Below are positions 29,252 to 38,373 of a DNA stretch of 64,000 nucleotides, one piece after another; positions within the stretch are counted from its first letter, which is position 1, and the number at the start of each line of letters is the position of its first letter. This DNA is from an uncultured Pseudomonadota bacterium (GTDB taxonomy: Bacteria > Pseudomonadota > Alphaproteobacteria > Rs-D84). The stretch spans positions 38,783 to 102,782 of the forward strand of contig CACZJK010000002.1 of the NCBI GenBank assembly GCA_902781465.1, given 5' to 3'. The translations under genes were made by a program, and so were the position numbers. Under the pieces are notes generated by a model, which saw nothing but the letters and a program-made list of their open reading frames with translations, was not told where the DNA came from and made no database searches.

Positions 29252-30340
29252 TTATTTTCTTTTTTCGCCAATATAAATTCCCATATCTGTTGCGATTTGT
29301 AATAATACATCGTCTGGTTCTACATAACGATTAGATGTTATTGCACCCGTGATATTCGGGTCTTTTTCTTTTTTTCCGGCATTAAAGAAATCGTCCAACG
29401 ATACGGTTTTATACTCGCCGTCTTGTAAGACAGTCATAACATAGGTTTCATTGTTTTCGATTGCTTTCAATGCCGTATCTGCAAAACCAGTGGCCAGTAT
29501 TCTGTCGCTTGCAACTGTATCACCTGCCCTTTGAATATGTTCTGGATATGCAGTGCGATTTGGTATGTTTGCGCTATTTAATGCGCGCGATATCATATCT
29601 GCCGGTTTTCCAGAATGACCGCGAATAGAAATGCCTTCGGACACCATAATAATACCATAGTCGCGTTTTGATTGTTTTATATGTTTCACTAAATTTTCTA
29701 CATCAAATTTAATTTCTGGAATCAATATGGCGTCTGCCGCAACAGCGATGCCTGCATTTAATGCCAAATTACCGCAATCGCGCCCCATTGTTTGAACCAC
29801 GAACCAGCGATGATGACTGCGCGCGGTCAACAATAATTGATCGCAATAAGATACTAATTGTTGAACTGCTGTATCAAAACCAATTGTTTTGTCAGTCAAA
29901 GGAACGTCCATATCTATCGTCTTAGGAACACATACCAGCGATAAACCATTATATATCTCGCGATACATATGCGCCAAAGATAACGAACCGTTTCCACCAA
30001 TCAAAACCAAAGCATCCAGATTCAAATCTTTTAATGATTTTTGTAATTTTTTATTAAAACTGCCTAATTTTCCAGCCTTTGCAGAAGATTCAAAATTTTC
30101 AGCCCATGAATGACCGTTTGATAAAATGCTGCCTGCCAGATGAGAAGCGGCAAATTGAAAACTTTCATCTGTTAAATCAACTGTTTTTGCAGGGGTGCAA
30201 CATAATCCGTCTGTGCCGTCTTTGATGCCTATAATATCCCATTTTCGGCGAACACATCCATCAACAATACGCTGAATAGCAGTATTTAATCCCGAACAAT
30301 CCCCGCCTGTTGTTATAATTCCAATTTTCTTGTGATTCAA
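29252..30340 (-). CDS. pfkA: 6-phosphofructokinase (PfkA family)
   Basis: TTGGDCSGLN, IGGNGS, PKTIDMD, TMGRDCG, HIQRAG; TTG start. Confidence 0.93.
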   Translation of the reverse strand: MNHKKIGIITTGGDCSGLNTAIQRIVDGCVRRKWDIIGIKDGTDGLCCTPAKTVDLTDESFQFAASHLAGSILSNGHSWAENFESSAKAGKLGSFNKKLQKSLKDLNLDALVLIGGNGSLSLAHMYREIYNGLSLVCVPKTIDMDVPLTDKTIGFDTAVQQLVSYCDQLLLTARSHHRWFVVQTMGRDCGNLALNAGIAVAADAILIPEIKFDVENLVKHIKQSKRDYGIIMVSEGISIRGHSGKPADMISRALNSANIPNRTAYPEHIQRAGDTVASDRILATGFADTALKAIENNETYVMTVLQDGEYKTVSLDDFFNAGKKEKDPNITGAITSNRYVEPDDVLLQIATDMGIYIGEKRK

Positions 30341-30446
30341 TTTTATCTCCTGTTTTTATATCTTTGTAATTATACCATAAAAACATTGACAAATAAATAT
30401 TTTTTGGAATAATTTTGTCAAAGAAATAAAACTGGGGGTAATAACT

Positions 30447-31574
30447 ATGGCGGCTACTAATATAGGTAAAACTAAACGCACAACAGATGATTTAATAGAC
30501 AGCGCGGTCAATCGTCAACAAGACTGGTTGGAAAACCGTCGTGCTTTTACACGTAAATTCTTACAAAGATTCAATGTTTTTCATAAACCAGAAGAACAAA
30601 CTGCAACAGTTAAAAAAACAGAAAAAATAAAACATTCTAAAAATAAAGTTGCTTTGCGTGCATACTGGTTTCCTATTACTTGCGCATTGTTGGTTGTTTT
30701 GATTGCTGTATTTGTTATGTTGTTCAAAATCAACGCACCAGTCAAAGTTATTGCGCCGTCTGTCCCAGAACCGGTTGTTCGTACAATTAAAAACACAGAA
30801 AAACATACTACACCTTCTTTTGACCTGGTCCGTATAGAAAAGACTGGCAATATAATTGTTGCAGGTCGTAATGTTCGCGAATCAAATATTTCAATTGTGA
30901 TAAATAAAAAAATAGTCGCCACAGAACATACTAACAAAGACGGTGAATTTGTATATACCCCAAGTGAAGCGTTAAAACCAGGCAACTATGTGATTTCACT
31001 GATTGATACGGATAAAAACATTAAATCCGCGGATAAAGTATTCGTTTATATCTCTGAACACGGTTATAAAAATTCTGTTTCGTTATTGATGACAAAAAAT
31101 GGCAGCAAAGTTATGCAGGCGCCTGAATTAATGGATGGTGATTTGGTTGTTTCTAAAATAGATTACCTTAGCACTGGCCGTATTGTCGTGACAGGTAAAG
31201 CATTACCAAGATTGCGAGTATCTTTATCTTTGAATGATAAATATATTGGCTTTTCACGTGTGTCAGATTATAAAAACTTTGGTTTGGGTGCCGATATCGG
31301 CAAATTAGAAAGTGGTAAAGAATACAAATTGAATATTCGTTTGCACGATAGCGAAGGAACCACAATTGCAAACATAGAACACAATTTTGTTATGCCAGAA
31401 ATGACTGGCGATGACGATACTTTCTATACCGTTCGTCGTGGCGATTGTTTATGGATTATTGCACGTAATTTCTTGCGTCGTGGTATCTTATTTACAATGA
31501 TAGCGGAACGCAATACTATCAAAAATCCAGACTTGATTTACCCAAATCAATTATTACAAATTCCGGTAAAATAA
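30447..31574 (+). CDS. Membrane-anchored LysM domain protein
   Basis: Single TM, PSFDLVRIE..IVAGR, C-terminal YTVRRGDCLWIIA..IKNPDLIYPNQ. Confidence 0.9.
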   Translation: MAATNIGKTKRTTDDLIDSAVNRQQDWLENRRAFTRKFLQRFNVFHKPEEQTATVKKTEKIKHSKNKVALRAYWFPITCALLVVLIAVFVMLFKINAPVKVIAPSVPEPVVRTIKNTEKHTTPSFDLVRIEKTGNIIVAGRNVRESNISIVINKKIVATEHTNKDGEFVYTPSEALKPGNYVISLIDTDKNIKSADKVFVYISEHGYKNSVSLLMTKNGSKVMQAPELMDGDLVVSKIDYLSTGRIVVTGKALPRLRVSLSLNDKYIGFSRVSDYKNFGLGADIGKLESGKEYKLNIRLHDSEGTTIANIEHNFVMPEMTGDDDTFYTVRRGDCLWIIARNFLRRGILFTMIAERNTIKNPDLIYPNQLLQIPVK

Positions 31575-31589
31575 CATAAGGGGTGTAGT

Positions 31590-31838
31590 ATGCCAAAGTA
31601 TCGTGAGAATTATACAGCGACAAGACAAACACTCAGAGAACCAAATTGTCACAAAGCAATAAGTCAAATTAAATCTATAATTAGCAGCCATTGGTTTGAT
31701 TGCTTAACTTTGAAAGAAAAACAACAACTGTTAGTATATTTGCAAGAAATAGAACGCAGAAATAAATCACTGGATTGGGACAAATTAAATGAAATAAAAG
31801 AATTTGTCAGCAACATATATAAAACTTACAACAGGTAA
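31590..31838 (+). CDS. Small hypothetical protein
   Basis: 82 aa, GGGG RBS, followed by a terminator at 31837-31865. Confidence 0.6.
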   Translation: MPKYRENYTATRQTLREPNCHKAISQIKSIISSHWFDCLTLKEKQQLLVYLQEIERRNKSLDWDKLNEIKEFVSNIYKTYNR

Positions 31839-31885
31839 AAAAGCCGGTCTAATGACCGGTTTTTTGTGTGTGCAAAGAGAAAAAA

Positions 31886-32136
31886 CTCTGTTCGGGTTCT
31901 CTTCCGTTGCCACATGCCATAAATTAAACCGACACAAGGTCGGTTAAATTTCTGGTGCGGGCAAAGGGAATCACTCGGTGCAAGCACCTGCGTGGAAACC
32001 GTGACGATTTTGGCGCGCATTGCTTCCAAAATCTACTTGTTTACAAACCCTCTGTTCGGGTTCTCTTCCGTTGCCACATGCCATAAATTAAACCGACACA
32101 AGGTCGGTTAAATTTCTGGTGCGGGCAAAGGGAATC
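31886..32136. repeat. 87-bp perfect direct repeat (31886-31972 and 32050-32136) including the last 20 nt of tRNA-Gly
   Basis: Identical CTCTGTTCGGG...GCAAAGGGAATC blocks with a 164-bp period. Confidence 0.9.
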
Positions 32137-32190
32137 GAACCCTCGTCTAAAGCTTGGGAAGCTTTCGTTCTACCATTATACCATGCCCGC
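32117..32190 (-). tRNA. tRNA-Gly(CCC)
   Basis: GCGGGCA acceptor stem, AAAGC-TTCCCAA-GCTTT anticodon arm, GGTTCGATTCC, encoded CCA. Confidence 0.96.
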
Positions 32191-32338
32191 ATGAAGTGGG
32201 TAATTTTAATAATACCTATTTTTACCAAAAAAGTCCAGGGCTTTTAATGCATTTTTTCTTTTTTGTATGTTATTTTTAATGTCTGTTTTGTGTAATAATA
32301 TGTTGTGTCGGGGACTTAAAAACAGAGAGGAAGAACAA

Positions 32339-32936
32339 ATGACCAATAACGAAGTCAAAAATACTTTAAAGGAAGTCCGTCGAATGATGGATATGATGGA
32401 TAAATCTCACATAAAGAATCTGCTTAAAATTTTAATAAACGCACAGGGAATAAAAAACTGTGCGTTTTTTCTTTCTTTGGATATGCGAAAAATCACAAAA
32501 AAGTTATTATCAGATTTTATAAAGTCTGATTTTGTAAATGTCCGACTTTCTCGTAGGCAGATGAAACAGATATATCAGATTCTGGGTGATTACCATATAT
32601 ACCCAAAATGCGGGTTGTGCGGACAACCTATTCTAATTGATTCTGATTATATGAGATACGAACCTAATTTAGATAAAATGGCTTTTTCTTGGGACCATAT
32701 GGACCCTAAATCGATGGGGTGGCAGTGATGATTTGGAAAATATGCAGCCTACACATAAACTGTGTAATAACAAACGTGGCACAACACTTGCTTATGATCA
32801 AAATTGCTCAATAAATATTAATATCAGTATCAAGATATCATTGCCATCAGATATGTGTTGCCAGAAATATCGCCCTTCCAGTTTCGGTTTGTGTAAATAT
32901 GTGAATCAAAACGGTTGTTGCGGATATCAGCGATAA
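32339..32936 (+). pseudogene. HNH endonuclease-like gene interrupted by a frameshift
   Basis: CGLCG..WDHMDPKS in one frame and DLENMQPTHKLCNNKRG in another; removing one G from the run at 32716-32719 restores PKSMGGSDDLEN. Confidence 0.75.
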
Positions 32937-32950
32937 AACCCAAGAAATAT

Positions 32951-32987
32951 TTGACTTTTGATAAATTTTAATACATAATAAGCCTGC
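32951..32987 (+). promoter_or_regulatory. sigma70-type promoter of the rpsP operon
   Basis: TTGACT-N17-CATAAT-AAGCCTGC. Confidence 0.65.
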
Positions 32988-32990
32988 AAA

Positions 32991-33097
32991 TCCCAAAGAT
33001 TGCCATTACTAATAACCCTGTGTACGGTATGTACAAGGAACATCAACCGGCGAGTTTTCGCTCTTGATGGCGGTTTTTTACGTATGGTTTTTTGGGA
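32991..33097 (+). other. Structured 5' leader of rpsP (candidate cis-regulatory RNA)
   Basis: Closing stem TCCCAAAGA..GCCAT/ATGGT..TTTTTGGGA enclosing two hairpins. Confidence 0.45.
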
Positions 33098-33165
33098 AAC
33101 AAAGATAATCACCCTTCGCCTAGGCTATGGGTGACAAGCCAAAAGCAAAAATTAAGGAGTAAAAT

Positions 33166-33603
33166 ATGGCAACAGTTATCAGATTAGCACGTTATGGTGC
33201 AAAAAAACGTCCTTACTATCACGTGGTCGTCACAGATTCTCGTAACGCACGTAATTCAGGGGCAATTTTGGAAACAGTTGGTAAATACAACCCAATGTTG
33301 GCAAAAGACGATGCAAAACGCGTTGTTTTGGATATTGAAAAAGTTAAATCTTGGATGGCCAAGGGTGCAAAACCATCTGACCGTGTTTACAAATTCTTGG
33401 TAAACGCAGGTTTGGTTGCTGCTAAACCAATTCCAACACAAACAAAGAAAAATCAACCTTCTGAAAAAACTCAGATGAAAGCGAAAGATAAAGCCGACAA
33501 ATTGGCTAAAATCGCAGAAGAAAAAGCCGCAGCAGAAGCCGCCGCAAAGGCTGCTGCCGAAGCCCCAGCGGAAGAAGTTGCATCTGAAACAGTTGCTGAA
33601 TAA
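33166..33603 (+). CDS. rpsP: 30S ribosomal protein S16 with Ala/Glu/Lys-rich tail
   Basis: IRLARYGAKKRPYYHVVVTDSR, GKYNP, GAKPSDRV. Confidence 0.97.
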   Translation: MATVIRLARYGAKKRPYYHVVVTDSRNARNSGAILETVGKYNPMLAKDDAKRVVLDIEKVKSWMAKGAKPSDRVYKFLVNAGLVAAKPIPTQTKKNQPSEKTQMKAKDKADKLAKIAEEKAAAEAAAKAAAEAPAEEVASETVAE

Positions 33604-33657
33604 TTTTTTGCTTAAAACACTTGGCGGGAAACCGCCAAGTTGTTTAGGGGATGAAAT

Positions 33658-33963
33658 ATGATTAAAAAATTATACATTTTACCAAATACAACTATCGTAA
33701 CAATATCAACAAATGATATGTTAGTTGCTTTTGGTTGCAGCCAACCACACAGAAACGATTACAGTTCTTCAACCAGATGCCCTTTTAACGGTTTGTGGTG
33801 TGTAAAAAAACAAAATCGTTTTGATGAATGGAAAAATGCCGTAGAAACATATTCTAAAGAACGTAAGAATTATACATTCTATACGCGTGGCGATATGTTT
33901 GATGGTTGTCCATACGACTATACTGCTTTGTGTAAAAAACATGATCAAAGACAACGCGGTTAA
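33658..33963 (+). CDS. Hypothetical Cys-containing protein
   Basis: 101-aa ORF with RBS between rpsP and rimM. Confidence 0.65.
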   Translation: MIKKLYILPNTTIVTISTNDMLVAFGCSQPHRNDYSSSTRCPFNGLWCVKKQNRFDEWKNAVETYSKERKNYTFYTRGDMFDGCPYDYTALCKKHDQRQRG

Positions 33964-33966
33964 AAG

Positions 33967-34428
33967 ATGAACAAAGAAAATAAAATCTTGGTTGGTAAAA
34001 TTGTTGCGCCTCAGGGAATTCGTGGTGAATTTCGTGTGCAATCTTTTGCAGAAACGCCAAATGATTTTAAAAAATTTTATATTATTTGTGATAAATGTGA
34101 AAGTAATGCTTTTCGTTTTGTTCGCGTATTAAAGCAAAATATTATAATTGCAAAAATAGACGGTATAAACGACCGTAATACGGTTGAATCGTTCCGTGGC
34201 ACAGAATTATTTATTTCGCGTGATGATTTGCCAAAATTAAAAGAAAACGAATATTATCAATCAGATTTAATTGGTTTTGATGTTATTCGCGGGGGAATAA
34301 AGATAGGCGTCGTCGATTGTTTTCAAAACTTTGGCGGCGGCGATATTATCGAATTAGATAATGGAGAGATGGTTTCTTTTAAAAACGCAGATGTTGATAT
34401 AAAAAACAAAAAAATAGTTGTGTTATAA
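33967..34428 (+). CDS. rimM: Ribosome maturation factor RimM
   Basis: VGKIVAPQGIRGE, EYYQSDLIG, NFGGGDIIE. Confidence 0.94.
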   Translation: MNKENKILVGKIVAPQGIRGEFRVQSFAETPNDFKKFYIICDKCESNAFRFVRVLKQNIIIAKIDGINDRNTVESFRGTELFISRDDLPKLKENEYYQSDLIGFDVIRGGIKIGVVDCFQNFGGGDIIELDNGEMVSFKNADVDIKNKKIVVL

Positions 34429-34443
34429 AAAAGGAAAGAAAAG

Positions 34444-34839
34444 ATGACTTTTATTATATCAAATAAAGAACATCAAGAAAAGGTTATAAAACTTGCGTTG
34501 CCTGTGTTTAATAATGTTGAAAATCTGTTGTGTATTTTTAATGCTAATGGTAATAAACGTATATATAGACGTGTTAAAAATGCTGTTTTGGATTTGAACA
34601 AATTGATGTTTCTTTATCGTGATAATGTACCGACTTGGAATTTACAAGATATGCAAAATGCTTTGCGTAAAATAATTAACGGTATGCCAAACAAATATCA
34701 GGACGATATTAAATATGAGGAATTGCAAGATTACCTGGAACTGTTAAATGGCCCTGTGATAACAAAAACTGGTTTTGTTGATAAATTAAAGCAACTATTT
34801 AATAATATTGGTAAAAATGCAAGATTAAGGGTGTTTTAA
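34444..34839 (+). CDS. Hypothetical helical protein (paralog of the N-terminal part of 35052-35624)
   Basis: HQEKVIK..VENLL..LRKII.GMP.KY..YEELQDYL aligns with QQEKIKE..VDNIL..LKKLI.LVP.QY..YKKLQEYL. Confidence 0.7.
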   Translation: MTFIISNKEHQEKVIKLALPVFNNVENLLCIFNANGNKRIYRRVKNAVLDLNKLMFLYRDNVPTWNLQDMQNALRKIINGMPNKYQDDIKYEELQDYLELLNGPVITKTGFVDKLKQLFNNIGKNARLRVF

Positions 34840-34840
34840 G

Positions 34841-35035
34841 ATGGCTTTTATAGACGAAAAACCTAATATGAATCCTGGTTGTCCATTAGGGACAAATAAA
34901 GATTATAATTGTCGTAAAATGGCAGTTCAAAAGGCTTTGACTGGCGTAAGTTTTTCGCCAAGGGCTTATTATGTTGATTTACCGTCTGTGTTAAATGAAG
35001 TTTGTGAATTTTGCAAAAAAGAACACGGAAGATAA
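34841..35035 (+). CDS. Small 4-Cys protein (CP-x8-C...CxxC)
   Basis: Paralog of 36388-36573. Confidence 0.7.
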   Translation: MAFIDEKPNMNPGCPLGTNKDYNCRKMAVQKALTGVSFSPRAYYVDLPSVLNEVCEFCKKEHGR

Positions 35036-35051
35036 ATAAAGAGGTTCAAAT

Positions 35052-35624
35052 ATGTCAAAAAAACTTGTACAAAATCATGTACAACAAGAGAAAATAAAAG
35101 AGTATGCAGAACATTTGTTTTCTGAAGTTGATAACATATTAAACGAATTATATTATATTTATGACAGAAGTGGACAAACAGAATTTAAGATTCGTTATAA
35201 TGCATTGTTAAAAAGAAAAAATAAGTTAAAACAGAAAATATACGAAGAACAAAATTTAGTTGTATCTGAATTAAAAGAATTACTGAAAAAACTGATAAGA
35301 CTGGTACCAAAACAATATTTATATCAAGTACAAGGAACATATAAAAAATTGCAAGAATATTTGAATGATCTGAACAAAATGCAACAAAATGAAGGTATGG
35401 TGACACGTTTTGAAATACATATACCTGTGTTTTCGCAATATTGCCCAATGTCACAAACAGAGGCAACCTGTGCTTTGCGTTCGTTTATAAAAGATAATAA
35501 AGTTTATACTAATTTTCCAACCCATCCAAACTTGTTAACGCCAGATACAAAAGATTGGAAAGTTGCACGCGAAACTATCAATCAAATGTATGATATTTGT
35601 GATAAATGCAAAGGACAAAGATAA
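35052..35624 (+). CDS. Hypothetical protein: helical domain fused to a CP..C..CxxC domain
   Basis: GAGG RBS; ends ICDKCKGQR. Confidence 0.72.
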   Translation: MSKKLVQNHVQQEKIKEYAEHLFSEVDNILNELYYIYDRSGQTEFKIRYNALLKRKNKLKQKIYEEQNLVVSELKELLKKLIRLVPKQYLYQVQGTYKKLQEYLNDLNKMQQNEGMVTRFEIHIPVFSQYCPMSQTEATCALRSFIKDNKVYTNFPTHPNLLTPDTKDWKVARETINQMYDICDKCKGQR

Positions 35625-35636
35625 AAAGGATTTACA

Positions 35637-36386
35637 ATGAATTATGGTGCGCTTCTTATTCGTAATCCTTTGGAAAATGATATAAAGTTCAAAAATGTAG
35701 TAATGTCCATTATGGACTTTGCCAGTGAACAGTTATGGAATTATCATGGAAAATTTACAACAGAAAAACATTATTATCAAAACCGTAAAGATATAGAATA
35801 TCAATTTGAACACCCTGTTGCCCGCGATAAATTTGGTGTTTTGTGCAGTTTGGAAAATATGATTATGTATTTGCCACCACCAAAGGTTAAAAAGGTTGTG
35901 CGTGAATATTACGATGCAATAATGACGTCTTATTGCCAAACCTTACGCGGTTTTTCCAAAGAAATTCCAAATTATCCATATAAATCTGATAATATCGTCG
36001 ATTTGTTGGATGAAGTAGAAAGTGTGCACGATGAAAAGAAAAACGCTTTTAGAACAGAATTTTCGCCAAAACCTTTCTGTTTTTCGTGTTATAACAACAG
36101 AGAATTTTCAAATTCTGTCTATATGCCAAGAAGAGATGTTTGGGTTGATGGTAAGGGTGATTCTTGTTGCCTTTGTGTTCATATGTGTAAAAAGTTTTTA
36201 ACATACCCTATTGTAAAAGGCGGAATTAGACTTATTCCAGATGGCGAAAAATGTTGTCATAGTGATTGTGGAAGCCAATGCCATGGTTCGGTTGTTTTTA
36301 AAAACGGTGTATATTCAAATGAACATCAATCTATAGAACACACGCCATATATGATGCGTCTTGAAAACAAACAAAAGCAAAAATAA
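35637..36386 (+). CDS. Hypothetical protein with a Cys-rich C-terminal half
   Basis: AAGGA RBS; CFSC, CCLC, CCHSDC motifs. Confidence 0.7.
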   Translation: MNYGALLIRNPLENDIKFKNVVMSIMDFASEQLWNYHGKFTTEKHYYQNRKDIEYQFEHPVARDKFGVLCSLENMIMYLPPPKVKKVVREYYDAIMTSYCQTLRGFSKEIPNYPYKSDNIVDLLDEVESVHDEKKNAFRTEFSPKPFCFSCYNNREFSNSVYMPRRDVWVDGKGDSCCLCVHMCKKFLTYPIVKGGIRLIPDGEKCCHSDCGSQCHGSVVFKNGVYSNEHQSIEHTPYMMRLENKQKQK

Positions 36387-36387
36387 A

Positions 36388-36573
36388 ATGTTCACAGATA
36401 AACCAATAACAAAAACATGCCCACAAAAAGAAAATCCGAACATAGAATGCCGGAAATCTTTGGTGTATCAGGCATTGCATGGTGTTGAATTGTCATACGA
36501 TTCAACGTTCAAATTAGACAGTATAATCAAAGATGTTTGCAATTTTTGCATCAAACAAAACAATGGACGATAA
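36388..36573 (+). CDS. Small 4-Cys protein (CP-x8-C...CxxC)
   Basis: MFTDKP..CPQ..ECRK..ALHGV..VCNFCIKQNNGR; paralog of 34841-35035. Confidence 0.7.
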   Translation: MFTDKPITKTCPQKENPNIECRKSLVYQALHGVELSYDSTFKLDSIIKDVCNFCIKQNNGR

Positions 36574-37248
36574 ATGCATTTTAATATACTGACTGTTTTT
36601 CCAGAAATGTTCCCGGGAACCCTTGACAAAGGGGTTGTTGGTCGTGCCCTGGATAAAGGAATCTGGTCTTATAAAGCAATAAACATTCGTGATTTTGCTA
36701 TCAATAACTATGGCAGTGTAGATGACGAACAATTCGGTGGCGGTGCGGGTATGGTTATGCGCCCTGATGTCCTTGGAAATGCGTTAGATTCTATTGAAAA
36801 ACCAGGCAAAATTATATTCTTTTCGCCACGTGGTAAAACTTTGAATCAAAAATTAGTGCATGAATATGCAAAATGTGATACAATAACCCTGCTCTGTGGT
36901 CGGTATGAAGGTATTGATCAGCGGGTTATCGATGAGTATGATATCGAAGAATTATCTATCGGCGACTATGTATTGTCTGGCGGTGAAATCGCAGCGCAAG
37001 TTTTAGTTGACAGTTGCGTTCGTGTGTTAGATAATGTATTGGGTGGTGGCGAAGAAGCCATCCAAAATGAAAGTTTCGAAATCGGCGGGCTTGAATGGCC
37101 ATTATATACCCGTCCGTCAGTATGGCGTGGACACAAAGTCCCAGAAGTCCTGCTGTCCGGTCACCATGGCAATATCGAACGGTGGCGGAAACAACAATCG
37201 GACGAAATAACAAAAGAACGTCGTCCGGATTTAATAAAGGAAAACTAA
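36574..37248 (+). CDS. trmD: tRNA (guanine37-N1)-methyltransferase TrmD
   Basis: [45 protein letters not shown]. Confidence 0.98.
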   Translation: MHFNILTVFPEMFPGTLDKGVVGRALDKGIWSYKAINIRDFAINNYGSVDDEQFGGGAGMVMRPDVLGNALDSIEKPGKIIFFSPRGKTLNQKLVHEYAKCDTITLLCGRYEGIDQRVIDEYDIEELSIGDYVLSGGEIAAQVLVDSCVRVLDNVLGGGEEAIQNESFEIGGLEWPLYTRPSVWRGHKVPEVLLSGHHGNIERWRKQQSDEITKERRPDLIKEN

Positions 37249-37249
37249 A

Positions 37250-37642
37250 ATGAGCATTATTAAAAAAATTGAACAAGAACAAGTTGCTAAATTAAAAGGC
37301 AATAAAGTTATCCCTGAATTCAAAGCGGGTGATACTGTAAAAGTTCATGTTAAAATTAAAGATGGTGATAAATTCCGTATCCAAATGTTTGAAGGTGTTG
37401 TTATTGCACGTGATGGCGGAAACGGAAATAACGCTTCTTTCACTGTGCGCCGTGAATCTTACGGTGTTGGTGTAGAACGTAAATTCCCATTATACAGCCC
37501 AGCAATCGAAAAGATTGAAAAAGTTCGCGTCGGTAAAGTCCGTCGTTCGAAATTGTTCTTCTTGCGCGCTTTGTCTGGTAAAAAGGCTCGTATTGTTGAA
37601 GATTTGTCTGCAAATGCTAAAAACGGCAGCGAAGACAAATAA
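37250..37642 (+). CDS. rplS: 50S ribosomal protein L19
   Basis: [43 protein letters not shown]. Confidence 0.98.
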   Translation: MSIIKKIEQEQVAKLKGNKVIPEFKAGDTVKVHVKIKDGDKFRIQMFEGVVIARDGGNGNNASFTVRRESYGVGVERKFPLYSPAIEKIEKVRVGKVRRSKLFFLRALSGKKARIVEDLSANAKNGSEDK

Positions 37643-37665
37643 TTTCTTACCAAGGGGGTGTAAAA

Positions 37666-38025
37666 ATGAACATTGCAAAATTGTTGTGTTTGTTTATAAC
37701 ACCCCTTTTCTTTTTATCTAATTCCCCTGCTTTCGCATATGTTGAAAAAGATACTGCGGTTTTGCGTGTTATGAACAAGGCTGCGGGTAAAACTCAAATT
37801 GTTCCTGTCAAGGTTGGTGATACTAAACAATATGATGGATTGAACATAACCATCAGAAGTTGCAAGCAAACAGATCCTTTTGATGCGGAAAATCATTTTG
37901 TTTTTCTTGAAATATATACAAAAGCAGATGAAAGAATTTTTAGTGGTTGGATGAATCATAATGAACCGGGGCAAAATCCGTTACAAGATGATACTTATGA
38001 TGTATGGCTGGAAAAATGTGAGTAA
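37666..38025 (+). CDS. DUF2155 family secreted protein
   Basis: AVLRVMNKAAGKT, IFSGWM, YDVWLEKC. Confidence 0.85.
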   Translation: MNIAKLLCLFITPLFFLSNSPAFAYVEKDTAVLRVMNKAAGKTQIVPVKVGDTKQYDGLNITIRSCKQTDPFDAENHFVFLEIYTKADERIFSGWMNHNEPGQNPLQDDTYDVWLEKCE

Positions 38026-38028
38026 GAT

Positions 38029-38373
38029 ATGACAAAACAAACTAAAATACAAAAGTTAAAGTTGTTTATAAAGGCATCAATTATTATTGGTGTTTTATTT
38101 GTTTTTGTTGTTTGTGGAATCTTGTTGCACCCTGCCCATACTTTTGAAAATGCAAATATGAAGAAATGGTTGTCTTTGGATGAAACACAACGCACATCAA
38201 CAATCGAACGCGTAATCAAAGATTCTGTTGATACAGAACTGATGATTAAATGTGTTTCTAAAATTGCCACATTTGAAAACTCAAATGAAATGGCCATCAA
38301 AGATGCAATTGTTATTTGTGATGCAGGGATAAAAGCAAATATTGAAAAAAACGAAGACAAAGAATCAAAATGA
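38029..38373 (+). CDS. Membrane-anchored hypothetical protein
   Basis: Single N-terminal TM; stop overlaps the tsaD start (ATGA). Confidence 0.7.
   Translation: MTKQTKIQKLKLFIKASIIIGVLFVFVVCGILLHPAHTFENANMKKWLSLDETQRTSTIERVIKDSVDTELMIKCVSKIATFENSNEMAIKDAIVICDAGIKANIEKNEDKESK

Noticed and set aside
31886-32136. Direct repeats as a CRISPR array or as attL/attR of an integrated island
   Set aside because: Only two 87-bp copies, no cas genes, only 77 bp between the copies, and no integrase.
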